From a virus, in IMG/VR virus record IMGVR_UViG_3300025168_000036: a DNA stretch of 64,000 nt; one strand, 5' to 3'. The notes beneath the pieces were generated by a model, which was not told the DNA's origin, did no database searches, and worked only from the letters and a program-made list of their open reading frames with translations. A program made the position numbers and the translations under genes. Below, one piece after another: positions 17,229 through 27,199 of this stretch (its first letter is position 1; every line of letters begins with the position of its first letter).

Positions 17229-19496
17229 TTAAAAGTATATCATTCCTGTAATTTGATTAATTGGTGCAAATGCTCCTGTAAGTTTATATGTGTTTCCTTT
17301 ATATACAAATACTAAACCCTCTGATGGTACTATTGTCTTAAAGCCACCCATAGCAGCTACTTTATTAAGTTGGGCAGAAAGCTTATTCATATTTTTTATG
17401 TCTCCACCTTTCCTAACATGCTTAATTGCAGCTGCAACTTGCTTTCTCATATTTTGTACTGTTTTATCTGGATTTGCAGCAAGGAAGCCATCAACATTTT
17501 TAAGAACCTCAGCTCCTAACTCGAAAAATAGAGTTTCAAATGCAAACATATTCTTTTTTATTTGATCTGCATGCTTTAGCTTATCAAATTCAATTGACTT
17601 AGCTAAGATACTTTCATCTTCTATTGTCTTCTTATTTAATCTAAATGACTTATCAAAGAATGCCCATCTCTTAACTAGGCCCATCTTAATTCTATTTTCA
17701 ATATTGCCTAACTTTTTATCTATAAAGTTTTCCCACCATGCTTGATGATATTCACCAAAAGTATTTGAATCTTTCATTCCGTATACTGACATTAACTTTG
17801 AGAGCTTTTTAATAAAGTAAGATTGTTTATCAGAGAAGTCTTGATGAGGTTTCATCTTTAGGACTTTAGGTCCTATTACTTTAAAGTTTTTTTGTACACT
17901 TTGGTTAGCTTGTGCAACCATACCGGCAAGAATTCTTGCTCCATCATTTACTGCACCAATTGCCTTACCATCTTTATACTGTAATACATTGTGGAATTGC
18001 AGGTACGGTGCATCATAGTTAATTACGTTTGCGGAAGCAGGGTATATGATTTCCATATTAACCCAGTTATTACCGTTATTAAATATTTTAGTTCTTTGCT
18101 TATTATTTAGGCTTCCAATAGACTTAGACAAATCATTCATTGCATAGTTAAATGCTTTTTCAATATTTCCTCTATTCTTAAACTTTTTTGCTACAGCCTT
18201 AGAGTCCATACCGCCCTTTTTAACATCACCAGTATTTCTTGCAGCTCTTAGTCCATTATTCCAACTAATAAATAAATTTTGTCCGTCTGTCTTTTCTGTA
18301 GCTATTTGGTTTAGATCAAGCTTACCTTGTAGCGATACTCTTATTATTTCTTTAAAGTCACCAAATGTTAAACCTTTATCATCAAATGGGTGAGCCATGT
18401 GGCCGTATGCACCACCTTCTGTTAACAGACTTTCTGATAGCATGTCATTATTTTTCTTAGTCTTATCTTTATTCTTTTTACCTACTTCTGCACCTATCCA
18501 GTTAACAAACTCCCATCCAATCTGAGATGCTATTCTTATAATATGTTTTTTGTATTGAGTAAATGCAGGTTTTGGTTCTAGATCTTGGTATACATTTGTT
18601 CCAGATATCTTACCTTTAATTCCAGTTGACCAATATGAAACTGCACCAGTAGGGCCTTTAGGATATTGTGTATTGTGAAAGAAAAATTCATCTTTTCCAG
18701 ATATATAATCTAACACTTTCATTCCTCTATTTATATCTTTTTCTAATGCACTTCCAAACCTTTTCCATGATTTTTGATTTCCCCACCATCCACCAGGACC
18801 ATCATCTACTTCTGTTGCACTATTTGCTGTAGAGAATGTTGATATTTCTTTTATTATTTTTGCAATGTTTTTGTCATAACAGAAGTTTTCCATAATCTCA
18901 GTTAAAGACTCTAACTTATTAACTATAAGGTTATAATTTTTTGTGTGGCCAAATATTCCCTTAAATAGCTTTACTTTTTCTTTTTTATCTATTGTTGTGT
19001 CACCTAAAGCCTTTCTAATAGTTGTACCTGACATCTCACCATATCCACTGACCTTTAATGATACATGTGGTGCTACTATTATATATGCACCTTCTTTATA
19101 TCCTACTTCAGCCTTACCTTTCCATTCTTGAAAAAATTTACCTTTTAGTCTACCAGCATCTTTTGCACCAAACATAAACACTGCAGCAGTAGTTTCTGGG
19201 TCATACTTTTTTAATATTTCTGTAGCTTGGTAAGGGCTTTTTACTTGTACTACATTTTTAATTCCGTGAGAGTTTATTATCTTTTTCTTTTCTGCAAATG
19301 AGAATGGAGACTTTGGAAGGCTAACCTTACCACTAGTAGCCACATAAGCATCACTAAACTTAGACTTTAACCACTTATATGTTTGTGCATGGTGCTTACC
19401 CATAGGCTGGAACCTACCAGGGTATATTGCAACTATATTTTTTATCTTTGAGTCCTCGGCAAGGATGTTTTCTACAAGCCATTTATCTAGTTTCAT
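17229..19496 (-). CDS. Fusion: cytidylyltransferase-like (HUP) domain plus ligase-like covalent nucleotidyltransferase domain
   Basis: N-terminal YPGRFQPMGKHH...MSGTTIR; C-terminal EKTDGQN (motif I), NMEI (III), LQFH (IIIa), EGLVF (IV), YKL (V). Confidence 0.7.
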   Translation of the reverse strand: MKLDKWLVENILAEDSKIKNIVAIYPGRFQPMGKHHAQTYKWLKSKFSDAYVATSGKVSLPKSPFSFAEKKKIINSHGIKNVVQVKSPYQATEILKKYDPETTAAVFMFGAKDAGRLKGKFFQEWKGKAEVGYKEGAYIIVAPHVSLKVSGYGEMSGTTIRKALGDTTIDKKEKVKLFKGIFGHTKNYNLIVNKLESLTEIMENFCYDKNIAKIIKEISTFSTANSATEVDDGPGGWWGNQKSWKRFGSALEKDINRGMKVLDYISGKDEFFFHNTQYPKGPTGAVSYWSTGIKGKISGTNVYQDLEPKPAFTQYKKHIIRIASQIGWEFVNWIGAEVGKKNKDKTKKNNDMLSESLLTEGGAYGHMAHPFDDKGLTFGDFKEIIRVSLQGKLDLNQIATEKTDGQNLFISWNNGLRAARNTGDVKKGGMDSKAVAKKFKNRGNIEKAFNYAMNDLSKSIGSLNNKQRTKIFNNGNNWVNMEIIYPASANVINYDAPYLQFHNVLQYKDGKAIGAVNDGARILAGMVAQANQSVQKNFKVIGPKVLKMKPHQDFSDKQSYFIKKLSKLMSVYGMKDSNTFGEYHQAWWENFIDKKLGNIENRIKMGLVKRWAFFDKSFRLNKKTIEDESILAKSIEFDKLKHADQIKKNMFAFETLFFELGAEVLKNVDGFLAANPDKTVQNMRKQVAAAIKHVRKGGDIKNMNKLSAQLNKVAAMGGFKTIVPSEGLVFVYKGNTYKLTGAFAPINQITGMIYF

Positions 19497-19515
19497 ATTA
19501 TTGTCTCCATATTAT

Positions 19516-19524
19516 ATAAATATC
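19516..19524 (-). promoter_or_regulatory. Putative late promoter GATATTTAT
   Basis: Exact motif. Confidence 0.6.
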
Positions 19525-19525
19525 A

Positions 19526-21808
19526 TTATATTATAGTTCTTGGTGATAGAAAAAGGAATGCAGCATATACCTCAAACTTATTTTTAGCAAGTACCTTTAT
19601 TGTTGCAATATTTAGATCTGAACCTATAAACTTTGCTTGTTCAGCAGCTGTAAGTACCGTCATATCTGCTGTGTATGTTGAACTCCAAGTTGCACCTGGG
19701 TCTTGAGCAGGACACTTAGTAGCTAAAAGTGAAACTGTATCTGTATTACTACATGCACCCGTTGAGAGTGTTGATGAGAACTTAACAGAAGATTTGTCAT
19801 TTGCTAGCACTATAATACCTTCAATTATCATCCCTTGTGGAATCATAAATGAAGCATAGAATTCATTATTACCAGTTGCTCCGATTCCCCCAGTAGCCCT
19901 ATAGACTGTTGCCGATGGATCTTGTCCAACAAAATCAGTGCCTGGTATGCAGTAATGATTCTGGTATCCTTGCATTCCGCCGTATGCATAATTGGAACAG
20001 TCAGTTGATTCTGTAATATATGTTTTAAGCCTACCTTTGACACCAAGATCTAGGCCAGTTGGTGCAATAATTAGATCTCCTGCAATATCTATTTGTGGAG
20101 TTGAATCTAAATTAAATGTAAACCTGTCAGTTCCATTATCTTTCATGTAAATTTGATCGCCGGCTGCATCTAATGTAATATCAGCTGCTGAATCTAATGT
20201 TATGGAAGAACCTTCTAATTCTGTACCTATAAATTTTGTAGCTGCTGATATGTTATCACCAAATATATTACCACTTGCACTTATATTAGCTGATGATGTT
20301 ATTGACCCATCTGTAAATATAGGTGTAGGTCCTTTACCTAACATAATACTTGTCCAGTTATTAGAAAATCCTAATTGCAATTGTGAAGGGGTAGAGGAGT
20401 TTGATTGTACTGCATTCATATTATCATCTAACCAATAACCACTACTATATACTAAACCACTTGAACTTATATTACCTGAGGCTGTTACATGACCTGCCTT
20501 GTTGATACTAAATATATTAGTACTATTTACACCTGGTAATGCTGATGTGTTTATTGCATTATAGATATTAAATGATCCAGAATTTCCTATAGCTCCTCCA
20601 TTTAATAAAATGCTGAGTCCATTATCTGAATCAATATATCCATCAATTATAGATGGTGTTCCGGATGCATCCAGCCCTCCTCTAATTGCAAGGTGGCCAC
20701 CAACTGCATCATTTCCTGCAATTATTAAATTGCCATGGGAAAAACTATTTATTGTAGAGCCAGATACTACAAATTTTGGTGCAACTATATCACCAGATGA
20801 TGTAACAATTTGAGTAGTTAGAGATGGGTTGCCTAATTGTATAAAGTCACCATGTATTCTTGTTCCATTTGTATCATTTCCAAATTGTAGATCTGTGCCA
20901 TCAGGACTAATAGATACCATCTTACCTGTTCTTATCTTACTTGTATCTAATTCACCACTGGCACTAAAATGTCCAGACATTGTGACATCACCACTAAATT
21001 CTGCAGAACCTTCTGATACAAACTTACTTGTTGCTAATATAATACTTGCAGTCAGATTTGACTTACCTGTGCCTGCAGAGTCTCCAAATTCTGCACCTTT
21101 GTCAGAAAATTTTAGGTGACCTAGCTTTGTTGTTGTTCCTGCCTCTCTAAATTCTATTGTGTCACCATCTGTTACTATATGGTTAAATGAGCCTGTTGTT
21201 GCAACCATATCACCACTCATACTAACATTTGATGCAGTAATTGCACCAGATGCAGAAATTGAACCACTCATCATTGTAATATCAGAACCTTTTGACTTAA
21301 TTGCGCCTTGAACAATTAGCGTTCTTGTTCTACAATTCCACATTATGTTTTCGTTTGTTCTAACAGTTTCGCATTCTGCAAGAGAATTATTATCATCAAC
21401 AAATGTTAAATATCTATTTACATCAGCTGAGTCACATGCAATTGTTTTAACTTTATCAGCACAATCTGATGAGCCTACACTACTTATTGTTCTTGTGTAT
21501 GTTGTTCCATCAAATGTAGTTGCAGTTACTGAGTTTCCAGTACCTGTGTTTATGTTCATCACAGCATCTGGGACATATGAGGCAGTTTCTGCATATGATG
21601 ATGATAGTTCATATGTTATCTCATGTGAAGCAGAAAGTGCATATGAAGCAGATATTGCGTATGAAGAGCTAACAACAGAGTCGGCCCCTAAGGTCACTAA
21701 AGACCCAGTTCCATCTGTTAATATGTTAGCTTGAGTGCCAGATATTTGTAAGACTCTTTGGTAAGTGTCTTGTATATTTTGGCTTGTAAAATCGTTTGGT
21801 CCAGCCAT
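19526..21808 (-). CDS. Tail fibre / virion structural protein
   Basis: 760 aa, S/T/G-rich, ISASG/ITAS repeats typical of trimeric fibre shafts. Confidence 0.65.
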   Translation of the reverse strand: MAGPNDFTSQNIQDTYQRVLQISGTQANILTDGTGSLVTLGADSVVSSSYAISASYALSASHEITYELSSSYAETASYVPDAVMNINTGTGNSVTATTFDGTTYTRTISSVGSSDCADKVKTIACDSADVNRYLTFVDDNNSLAECETVRTNENIMWNCRTRTLIVQGAIKSKGSDITMMSGSISASGAITASNVSMSGDMVATTGSFNHIVTDGDTIEFREAGTTTKLGHLKFSDKGAEFGDSAGTGKSNLTASIILATSKFVSEGSAEFSGDVTMSGHFSASGELDTSKIRTGKMVSISPDGTDLQFGNDTNGTRIHGDFIQLGNPSLTTQIVTSSGDIVAPKFVVSGSTINSFSHGNLIIAGNDAVGGHLAIRGGLDASGTPSIIDGYIDSDNGLSILLNGGAIGNSGSFNIYNAINTSALPGVNSTNIFSINKAGHVTASGNISSSGLVYSSGYWLDDNMNAVQSNSSTPSQLQLGFSNNWTSIMLGKGPTPIFTDGSITSSANISASGNIFGDNISAATKFIGTELEGSSITLDSAADITLDAAGDQIYMKDNGTDRFTFNLDSTPQIDIAGDLIIAPTGLDLGVKGRLKTYITESTDCSNYAYGGMQGYQNHYCIPGTDFVGQDPSATVYRATGGIGATGNNEFYASFMIPQGMIIEGIIVLANDKSSVKFSSTLSTGACSNTDTVSLLATKCPAQDPGATWSSTYTADMTVLTAAEQAKFIGSDLNIATIKVLAKNKFEVYAAFLFLSPRTII

Positions 21809-21818
21809 TTATAACCCC

Positions 21819-22394
21819 TTATTTTCTTTTTTGAAGAACTTTTATAATTCCGTCTATAACCTTTTCTTTTTTATTTACAGTATTTTTCTGTATGTATTCT
21901 GCAACTATTGTATTTAGCTTCCCCTTCTTTATGTTTAAGTTTTTTATATTTATGTCTTCTTTAATAAGAAGTCTCATAATATTTATAATGTGAGCTCTAT
22001 CAACACTAGTTACTTCCTTGCTTTCCTTGATGCCAGTTATTGAGATCTTAGGTTTGCCTACTTCTTTTATTACTTCCTTGCTTTGAGATTTAACCTCTAC
22101 AGTTACTTTTTTACTTGCCTCAACAGAGAATTCTGATTTCCATGGGACAAAATATGTATCATCTGCAACTACTTCCAGCTTAATGTTACCAGATTCGCTT
22201 TCACCTAAAAGGCCTTTTAACTTTTTTACTGGTATGCTACATTTTCCAGATTTTGATATTGTACCATTAAATACAAAGCTAATATCATTAGCTTCAACTA
22301 TTAATCTTGCAAATGAATCCTTTATTGAAGCCCCTGAAAGCTTAATATCACATTCAAATAGCTCGTTCTTGTCTGTATATAATTTATATGCCAT
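21819..22394 (-). CDS. Hypothetical protein (Ig/BppU-like N-terminal beta domain)
   Basis: 191 aa with alternating beta pattern; SD GGAG. Confidence 0.6.
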   Translation of the reverse strand: MAYKLYTDKNELFECDIKLSGASIKDSFARLIVEANDISFVFNGTISKSGKCSIPVKKLKGLLGESESGNIKLEVVADDTYFVPWKSEFSVEASKKVTVEVKSQSKEVIKEVGKPKISITGIKESKEVTSVDRAHIINIMRLLIKEDINIKNLNIKKGKLNTIVAEYIQKNTVNKKEKVIDGIIKVLQKRK

Positions 22395-22546
22395 TATTTG
22401 TTCTCCGTGTAAGGGAATAATTTATTGAGTTTGTCTTTTCTATCATCACAGCCACAATCGTCACCTACGATCTTTTTAACTGCTATCTTTATACCAGTTG
22501 CTTTAGTGATCTTTTCTATTGTATCACCTAGACCTTTTGATTTTAT
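22394..22546 (-). CDS. 50 aa DCGC-motif protein with apparent ATA start (not in ORF track)
   Basis: (I/M)KSKGLGDTIEKITKATGIKIAVKKIVGDDCGCDDRKDKLNKLFPYTENK; ATA overlaps the upstream TAA, and its stop overlaps the next ATG. Confidence 0.6.
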   Translation of the reverse strand: MKSKGLGDTIEKITKATGIKIAVKKIVGDDCGCDDRKDKLNKLFPYTENK

Positions 22547-22875
22547 ATTACTATCTTTACTGATGATTTTACCTCTTTTATTATTAGTTCAACATCTTTA
22601 ACTTTTGCTTTTATGTTTTTAACTTCCTTAGACTCATCATATTGTTTTATTCCATTTCTTTTCATAATTAGCCTAATAAGCTTTTTCTTCTTTTCCTTAT
22701 CAACCTTATCAATGTCTGAGTAGCCACCACTAATAAGGTCTACAACTAAAGCAACATCATCCCATGTATATGGAAAAACATTTGGCTTAAATCCTGTTTT
22801 ATATGTCTTACTTGGAGGAGCAGAGCTCCACTTAAAGTCTGCATCTTTCCATTTTATTTTCGTTATTGTTGCCAT
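22543..22875 (-). CDS. Hypothetical protein
   Basis: 110 aa; late motif 3 nt before the ATG. Confidence 0.65.
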   Translation of the reverse strand: MATITKIKWKDADFKWSSAPPSKTYKTGFKPNVFPYTWDDVALVVDLISGGYSDIDKVDKEKKKKLIRLIMKRNGIKQYDESKEVKNIKAKVKDVELIIKEVKSSVKIVI

Positions 22876-22878
22876 TAT

Positions 22879-22887
22879 ATAAATATC
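22879..22887 (-). promoter_or_regulatory. Putative late promoter GATATTTAT
   Basis: Exact motif. Confidence 0.6.
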
Positions 22888-22909
22888 ACTTTATAATTTA
22901 ATAAATTAA

Positions 22910-23617
22910 CTATTTACCAAGTATTGTCCATGTTGATGTACCATCAGTAATTGTTAGAGTTGTCCCTTTAACAGTAAATGAAAGAGTAGTTTTGCCTACA
23001 GTAATACCTGATGCCGCTGTTGCTGTTGCAGCATTTCCTGTTGTGTCTTGGTCTCCTGCTATATTAACACCTTTAAGATCTATATTTGCACTACCATCAA
23101 ATGATACACCACCAATTGTTCTTGCTGTTGCTAATGTTGTTGCATCTGCTGCTAATGTTGCTGTATCTGCATTACCTGTTGTGTTTTGATTTCCTGCTGC
23201 ATTAACTCCTGGTAAGTTTATATTTGCTGTTCCATCAAATGATACACCTCCGATTGTTCTTGCATTCTTTAGCTTTAATGAGCCTAGGTTCTTTTCTGCA
23301 TCTTTATCAACCTTAAATAGGTCTGTTTTAGATGCATCTGCCTTGTCTTCCCCAATGTCTTTTACATCAAATGCGGATTGTGGGTCTTTTGTTCCTATCC
23401 CAATCTTTCCACTACCTGAGACATAGAATGCTATTCTATCATTTGCAGTTCCTGATATTTCTTTTGGTACTCTAAGCTGTATACTTGAAGCGTCATCTGG
23501 ATCTATTTCCCACTTTGCAACTTGCTTAAATGTTGAACTAGATACAGGCCTTTGGCCTTCTGAGCTTCCTGATGCTGGGATTGACCCTGAGTATATTATT
23601 ATGTCCCTGGTAAACAT
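22910..23617 (-). CDS. Short tail-fibre-like protein with duplicated ARTIGGVSFDG.ANI repeat
   Basis: GKIGIGT.DP fibre motif; two ~37 aa repeats. Confidence 0.7.
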   Translation of the reverse strand: MFTRDIIIYSGSIPASGSSEGQRPVSSSTFKQVAKWEIDPDDASSIQLRVPKEISGTANDRIAFYVSGSGKIGIGTKDPQSAFDVKDIGEDKADASKTDLFKVDKDAEKNLGSLKLKNARTIGGVSFDGTANINLPGVNAAGNQNTTGNADTATLAADATTLATARTIGGVSFDGSANIDLKGVNIAGDQDTTGNAATATAASGITVGKTTLSFTVKGTTLTITDGTSTWTILGK

Positions 23618-26600
23618 TTTTTGATCTCCTTTATTTCATTCTTTAATTCTTCTATTTGGCCTTGTTGCTCTTTAATACCTTCAATAAGAAGTGCAGTTAA
23701 TTTGTCATATTGAACAGTTAAATAGCCACCTTTCTTACCATCAATATCAATTGGTGCTGGAGAAACTGCTTCTGGTAAAACTTTTTGTATTTCTTGAGCA
23801 ATAACACCTACGTGGTTATCTCTTTTCTTTTTATCTTCCCAATCACTAGTAGAAAGATACCCCATCTCCTTAGCATTTTCATTATAGTCAAATGTTACTC
23901 CTCTAACCTTTAATATCTTATCAAGTGCATTAGGTATAACTTTTACGTTTGTTTTTACTCTTTTATCTGAAACACCGTCAGTGAGGGATCCCCTTACACT
24001 TACATTATTACTATTATATTGCCACCACATTACATCATGGTTTGTAACATCATTATAATCTGTTCTAAATAGAACAACAGCATCTTGAGACCAGTGATTT
24101 ATTTCATAAACGTGGCTGGAACCTCCATCAAATCCAATACCTCCACCTACATCGGATGATTGTCCAACAAAAAGAACACCTCCACCCTCGTGGTTATGTC
24201 CCATAGCTCCAATAAGTGAAACTTCAGCATTTGTAGATGCTTTTACTAAAAGACATGATGCACCGTTTGATAGATCAGTATCTTCAAAAAACATAGGTAG
24301 TGTTGTTGCTGTTCCTACACTGTCATCACCAATAGTTACTTTATCGCCTAGATATATTTCTCCGTCTGAGTCATCTATCATAAATAAAGTTTTATTTCGT
24401 TCTTCACTGTATATTTGGAATCTCTCAGATGAGTCCATACCAATTTTCCAACCATCTGTATTTGGTGTAGTGCTTGTTGTTGAGTTCATAAAGTGAACCC
24501 ATATACTATCTGAGTCTCCAGCTGTAAGTGAGATTCCTTTATCGGCTCCACCAGTAGGTTCATGTACAGTAAGCATTGTAGATTTAAGACCATCAAGACT
24601 TCCAATACAAGCACTTTGTGAATTTACAAGGTTTCCATGTTCACCAAAAAAAGAATATTGTTGGTTTTTACTTGGGTCAGCAACTATTGCTCTTGACATT
24701 ATTCCGTATGCATCATGTCCGTATCCAGATACCATTCCGACTGTTGCTTGTGCGTTATGAACACTACCTACAATTGCTCCTACATCATAACATGAAGCTC
24801 CACCACCTCCGCCTTTTGTACCACATGAATCAACAAATGTTGTTGTAAAGTCTGTGTAGTCTGTATTTACAGTTGCTCCATCACTAAGTGCAAACATTGC
24901 ACCTACCCTACTATCAGCAATTCCAGGTACACCTCCAGCTGTTACATTTGTCATTACTGTACTAAATCCTGGTGAAGCATATGTGGCACCTGCACCATAA
25001 TCTGTAGAACCTGTAATTACTATTGTTCCTTCTGTCATAGATATTCCTGGTACTACTCCATCTATATTATCATCAAGTGTCATTACAGTATTTCCACTAC
25101 CATCAAAAAATGACATACTTGCATTAGTACCATCTAACTCTATTCTTTGTGCCCCTGGATTACCTACAGTAATTTTACCTGCACTACTCATTGTAACTTT
25201 AGCTTGTCTTAATTCTGAATTATCAAATGTCCATCCTGCAATTTGATTTGTGGAACCTAATTGGAAGAATTCATCGCCATTTTTAGTACCTTGCAGACCC
25301 CATGTACCAGAATTGTAGTTAAACATCATAACAAGATTACCCGATCCTCCAGATAAATCTCCATCTGGTGTTACTAAGAATCTGTTGTCAGGTGTGGCAT
25401 CTGCAAGCATTTGTAAATAACCACCACCTGCGTCTGGTACACTTTTTATTTGTGTAGCATCTACTGTAAAGCCAGCTATCTTTCCTGCACTTGCAGTAAT
25501 TGCACCTTCTGAGTCAACTTGGAATGCTGAAGATGAGAATGGATATAGACCTGATGCATCTAGTTTTACCTTATTATTTACATCGTTTAATGTATTTGAG
25601 TTAATATTCCATCCACCTATCTTACCAGCACTTGCAGTTATTGTTCCTGATAGATAAACATTTTCACTATATAAACCAAATCCTGGATCTGCTGGAACTG
25701 GTCCTTCCCCTGCAACACCAGATAAATCACCTAGCCTAGCCCTTCTTTTTACTGATGCTGCATTACTTCCTGTTCTTTCTATAATATCTATATAAGGTGT
25801 TGCTGCATCACTTGGTGCTGCATTTAAGTGTATATAACCACTTCCACTTACACCTGCAGAAGCCAATACTTGCCCAGCACTCATGCTAGGTATTGTTCCA
25901 GCACCATCTTGATTTCTTGATACTGTTAATGTGTTTGGCTCACTTGTTGAATCAACACCTGTAATTTTCATAGTCTCTGTAGTAAAGCCTGTACTACCAG
26001 TTGCCTTAGAAATTATATATTCATTTGCTACAAATCCATCAGCATTCTTTACTGGAATTGTTGTTGTACTTGCCAATATTATACTACTACCAGTGATTGT
26101 TGTACCATTTGATACAAGTAATTGTCCACCTACTACATTTACACTTTGCTTTTCAAATACTGCTGTATTTAATGTTCCTCTAATTGATGCATTTTCAAAT
26201 TCAGCCTCACCTGATGCTTTTATTCTCCATCCCCTACCTGCACTACCTGGAAGGTTACTTGATGTAAAGTCTGCAGTTTTTAGTTCACCTGATGATTTTA
26301 TTTCTAAGTTGTTTGATGAGAGCTTATCATTGGTAAATGTCCAGCCAGCTATTTGATTTGTAGAGCCTAATTCAAATACTTTGGTGCCAGAACCTGATAC
26401 TCCTATGATACCATAATTAGTATCACTACTATATTTCATTTTAACAGTATGTTGAGCAGACGGACCTGTTACTTTAATTTCGGGACTTGTACTTCCATTC
26501 AGTACAATATTTCCACCAGATGAAGATATATTATTTGTTCCTACATGCCAGTCACCAATTCTTGCTGCACTTGTTGTAATTGTACCTTGAAATACTGCAC

Positions 26601-27198
26601 CACTTGCATGTAAGCTTCCACTTTTATCTACTGCAAAATTAGGTCCAAATTTAACAAAATAGTCTGTTGTATTTCCTTGATCATCCGGTGTAAAGTCTAT
26701 ATAGTATTCATCTCTTAATATATCAAATGCTGCACTACTATCTGTGTCTGGGCCTTTGTTAGACATATATAAAGCTGCACCAACTGCATCAAGTGTTGCA
26801 TTTGAACCACTTAGCTTTCCGTCCTTAATTATCCAATTTCCAATCTTACCTGCACTTGCAGTTATTTCTGTTTCACCATTTGATAATGGCCTTATATGAA
26901 AACCTGAACCACTAATCTCTATATCACTTGCACTACCAGACATAAATTGAAGTTTTGGATTTCCAATAAAAAACTTATTTGCTCTTACATCTAAGTCTCC
27001 TCCATCATCACTTCTAAACCTAAAGTAGCTTTCGCTTCCTGCTATTGCTTCAATTCCTACACCTGAATAGCTTGTTGTTGGGCTTGAATCTTTAAGTTCA
27101 AATGATCCACTCCATAGCATCCAGCCAGAAGTAGGGCCAGAATTTGAAGACGAAGCTGCATTAAAGCCTTGATATGATGTATTTTTTATTCCTGCCAT
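23599..27198 (-). CDS. Long tail fibre with C-terminal intramolecular chaperone (peptidase S74-like)
   Basis: ITASAGKIG.W repeats; SDKRVKTNV...GVIAQEI..VLPEAV...YDKLTALLIEGIKE coiled coil. Confidence 0.85.
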   Translation of the reverse strand: MAGIKNTSYQGFNAASSSNSGPTSGWMLWSGSFELKDSSPTTSYSGVGIEAIAGSESYFRFRSDDGGDLDVRANKFFIGNPKLQFMSGSASDIEISGSGFHIRPLSNGETEITASAGKIGNWIIKDGKLSGSNATLDAVGAALYMSNKGPDTDSSAAFDILRDEYYIDFTPDDQGNTTDYFVKFGPNFAVDKSGSLHASGAVFQGTITTSAARIGDWHVGTNNISSSGGNIVLNGSTSPEIKVTGPSAQHTVKMKYSSDTNYGIIGVSGSGTKVFELGSTNQIAGWTFTNDKLSSNNLEIKSSGELKTADFTSSNLPGSAGRGWRIKASGEAEFENASIRGTLNTAVFEKQSVNVVGGQLLVSNGTTITGSSIILASTTTIPVKNADGFVANEYIISKATGSTGFTTETMKITGVDSTSEPNTLTVSRNQDGAGTIPSMSAGQVLASAGVSGSGYIHLNAAPSDAATPYIDIIERTGSNAASVKRRARLGDLSGVAGEGPVPADPGFGLYSENVYLSGTITASAGKIGGWNINSNTLNDVNNKVKLDASGLYPFSSSAFQVDSEGAITASAGKIAGFTVDATQIKSVPDAGGGYLQMLADATPDNRFLVTPDGDLSGGSGNLVMMFNYNSGTWGLQGTKNGDEFFQLGSTNQIAGWTFDNSELRQAKVTMSSAGKITVGNPGAQRIELDGTNASMSFFDGSGNTVMTLDDNIDGVVPGISMTEGTIVITGSTDYGAGATYASPGFSTVMTNVTAGGVPGIADSRVGAMFALSDGATVNTDYTDFTTTFVDSCGTKGGGGGASCYDVGAIVGSVHNAQATVGMVSGYGHDAYGIMSRAIVADPSKNQQYSFFGEHGNLVNSQSACIGSLDGLKSTMLTVHEPTGGADKGISLTAGDSDSIWVHFMNSTTSTTPNTDGWKIGMDSSERFQIYSEERNKTLFMIDDSDGEIYLGDKVTIGDDSVGTATTLPMFFEDTDLSNGASCLLVKASTNAEVSLIGAMGHNHEGGGVLFVGQSSDVGGGIGFDGGSSHVYEINHWSQDAVVLFRTDYNDVTNHDVMWWQYNSNNVSVRGSLTDGVSDKRVKTNVKVIPNALDKILKVRGVTFDYNENAKEMGYLSTSDWEDKKKRDNHVGVIAQEIQKVLPEAVSPAPIDIDGKKGGYLTVQYDKLTALLIEGIKEQQGQIEELKNEIKEIKKCLPGT

Positions 27199-27199
27199 T

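Noticed and set aside
19843-20046. Nested minus-strand ORFs in alternate frames (also 42403-42618)
   Set aside because: Short, no SD or motifs; expected by chance inside long genes.
23020-23265. Duplicated fibre repeat as a diversity-generating retroelement TR/VR pair
   Set aside because: Both copies are in frame within one gene, differences are not adenine-specific, and there is no reverse transcriptase in the window.
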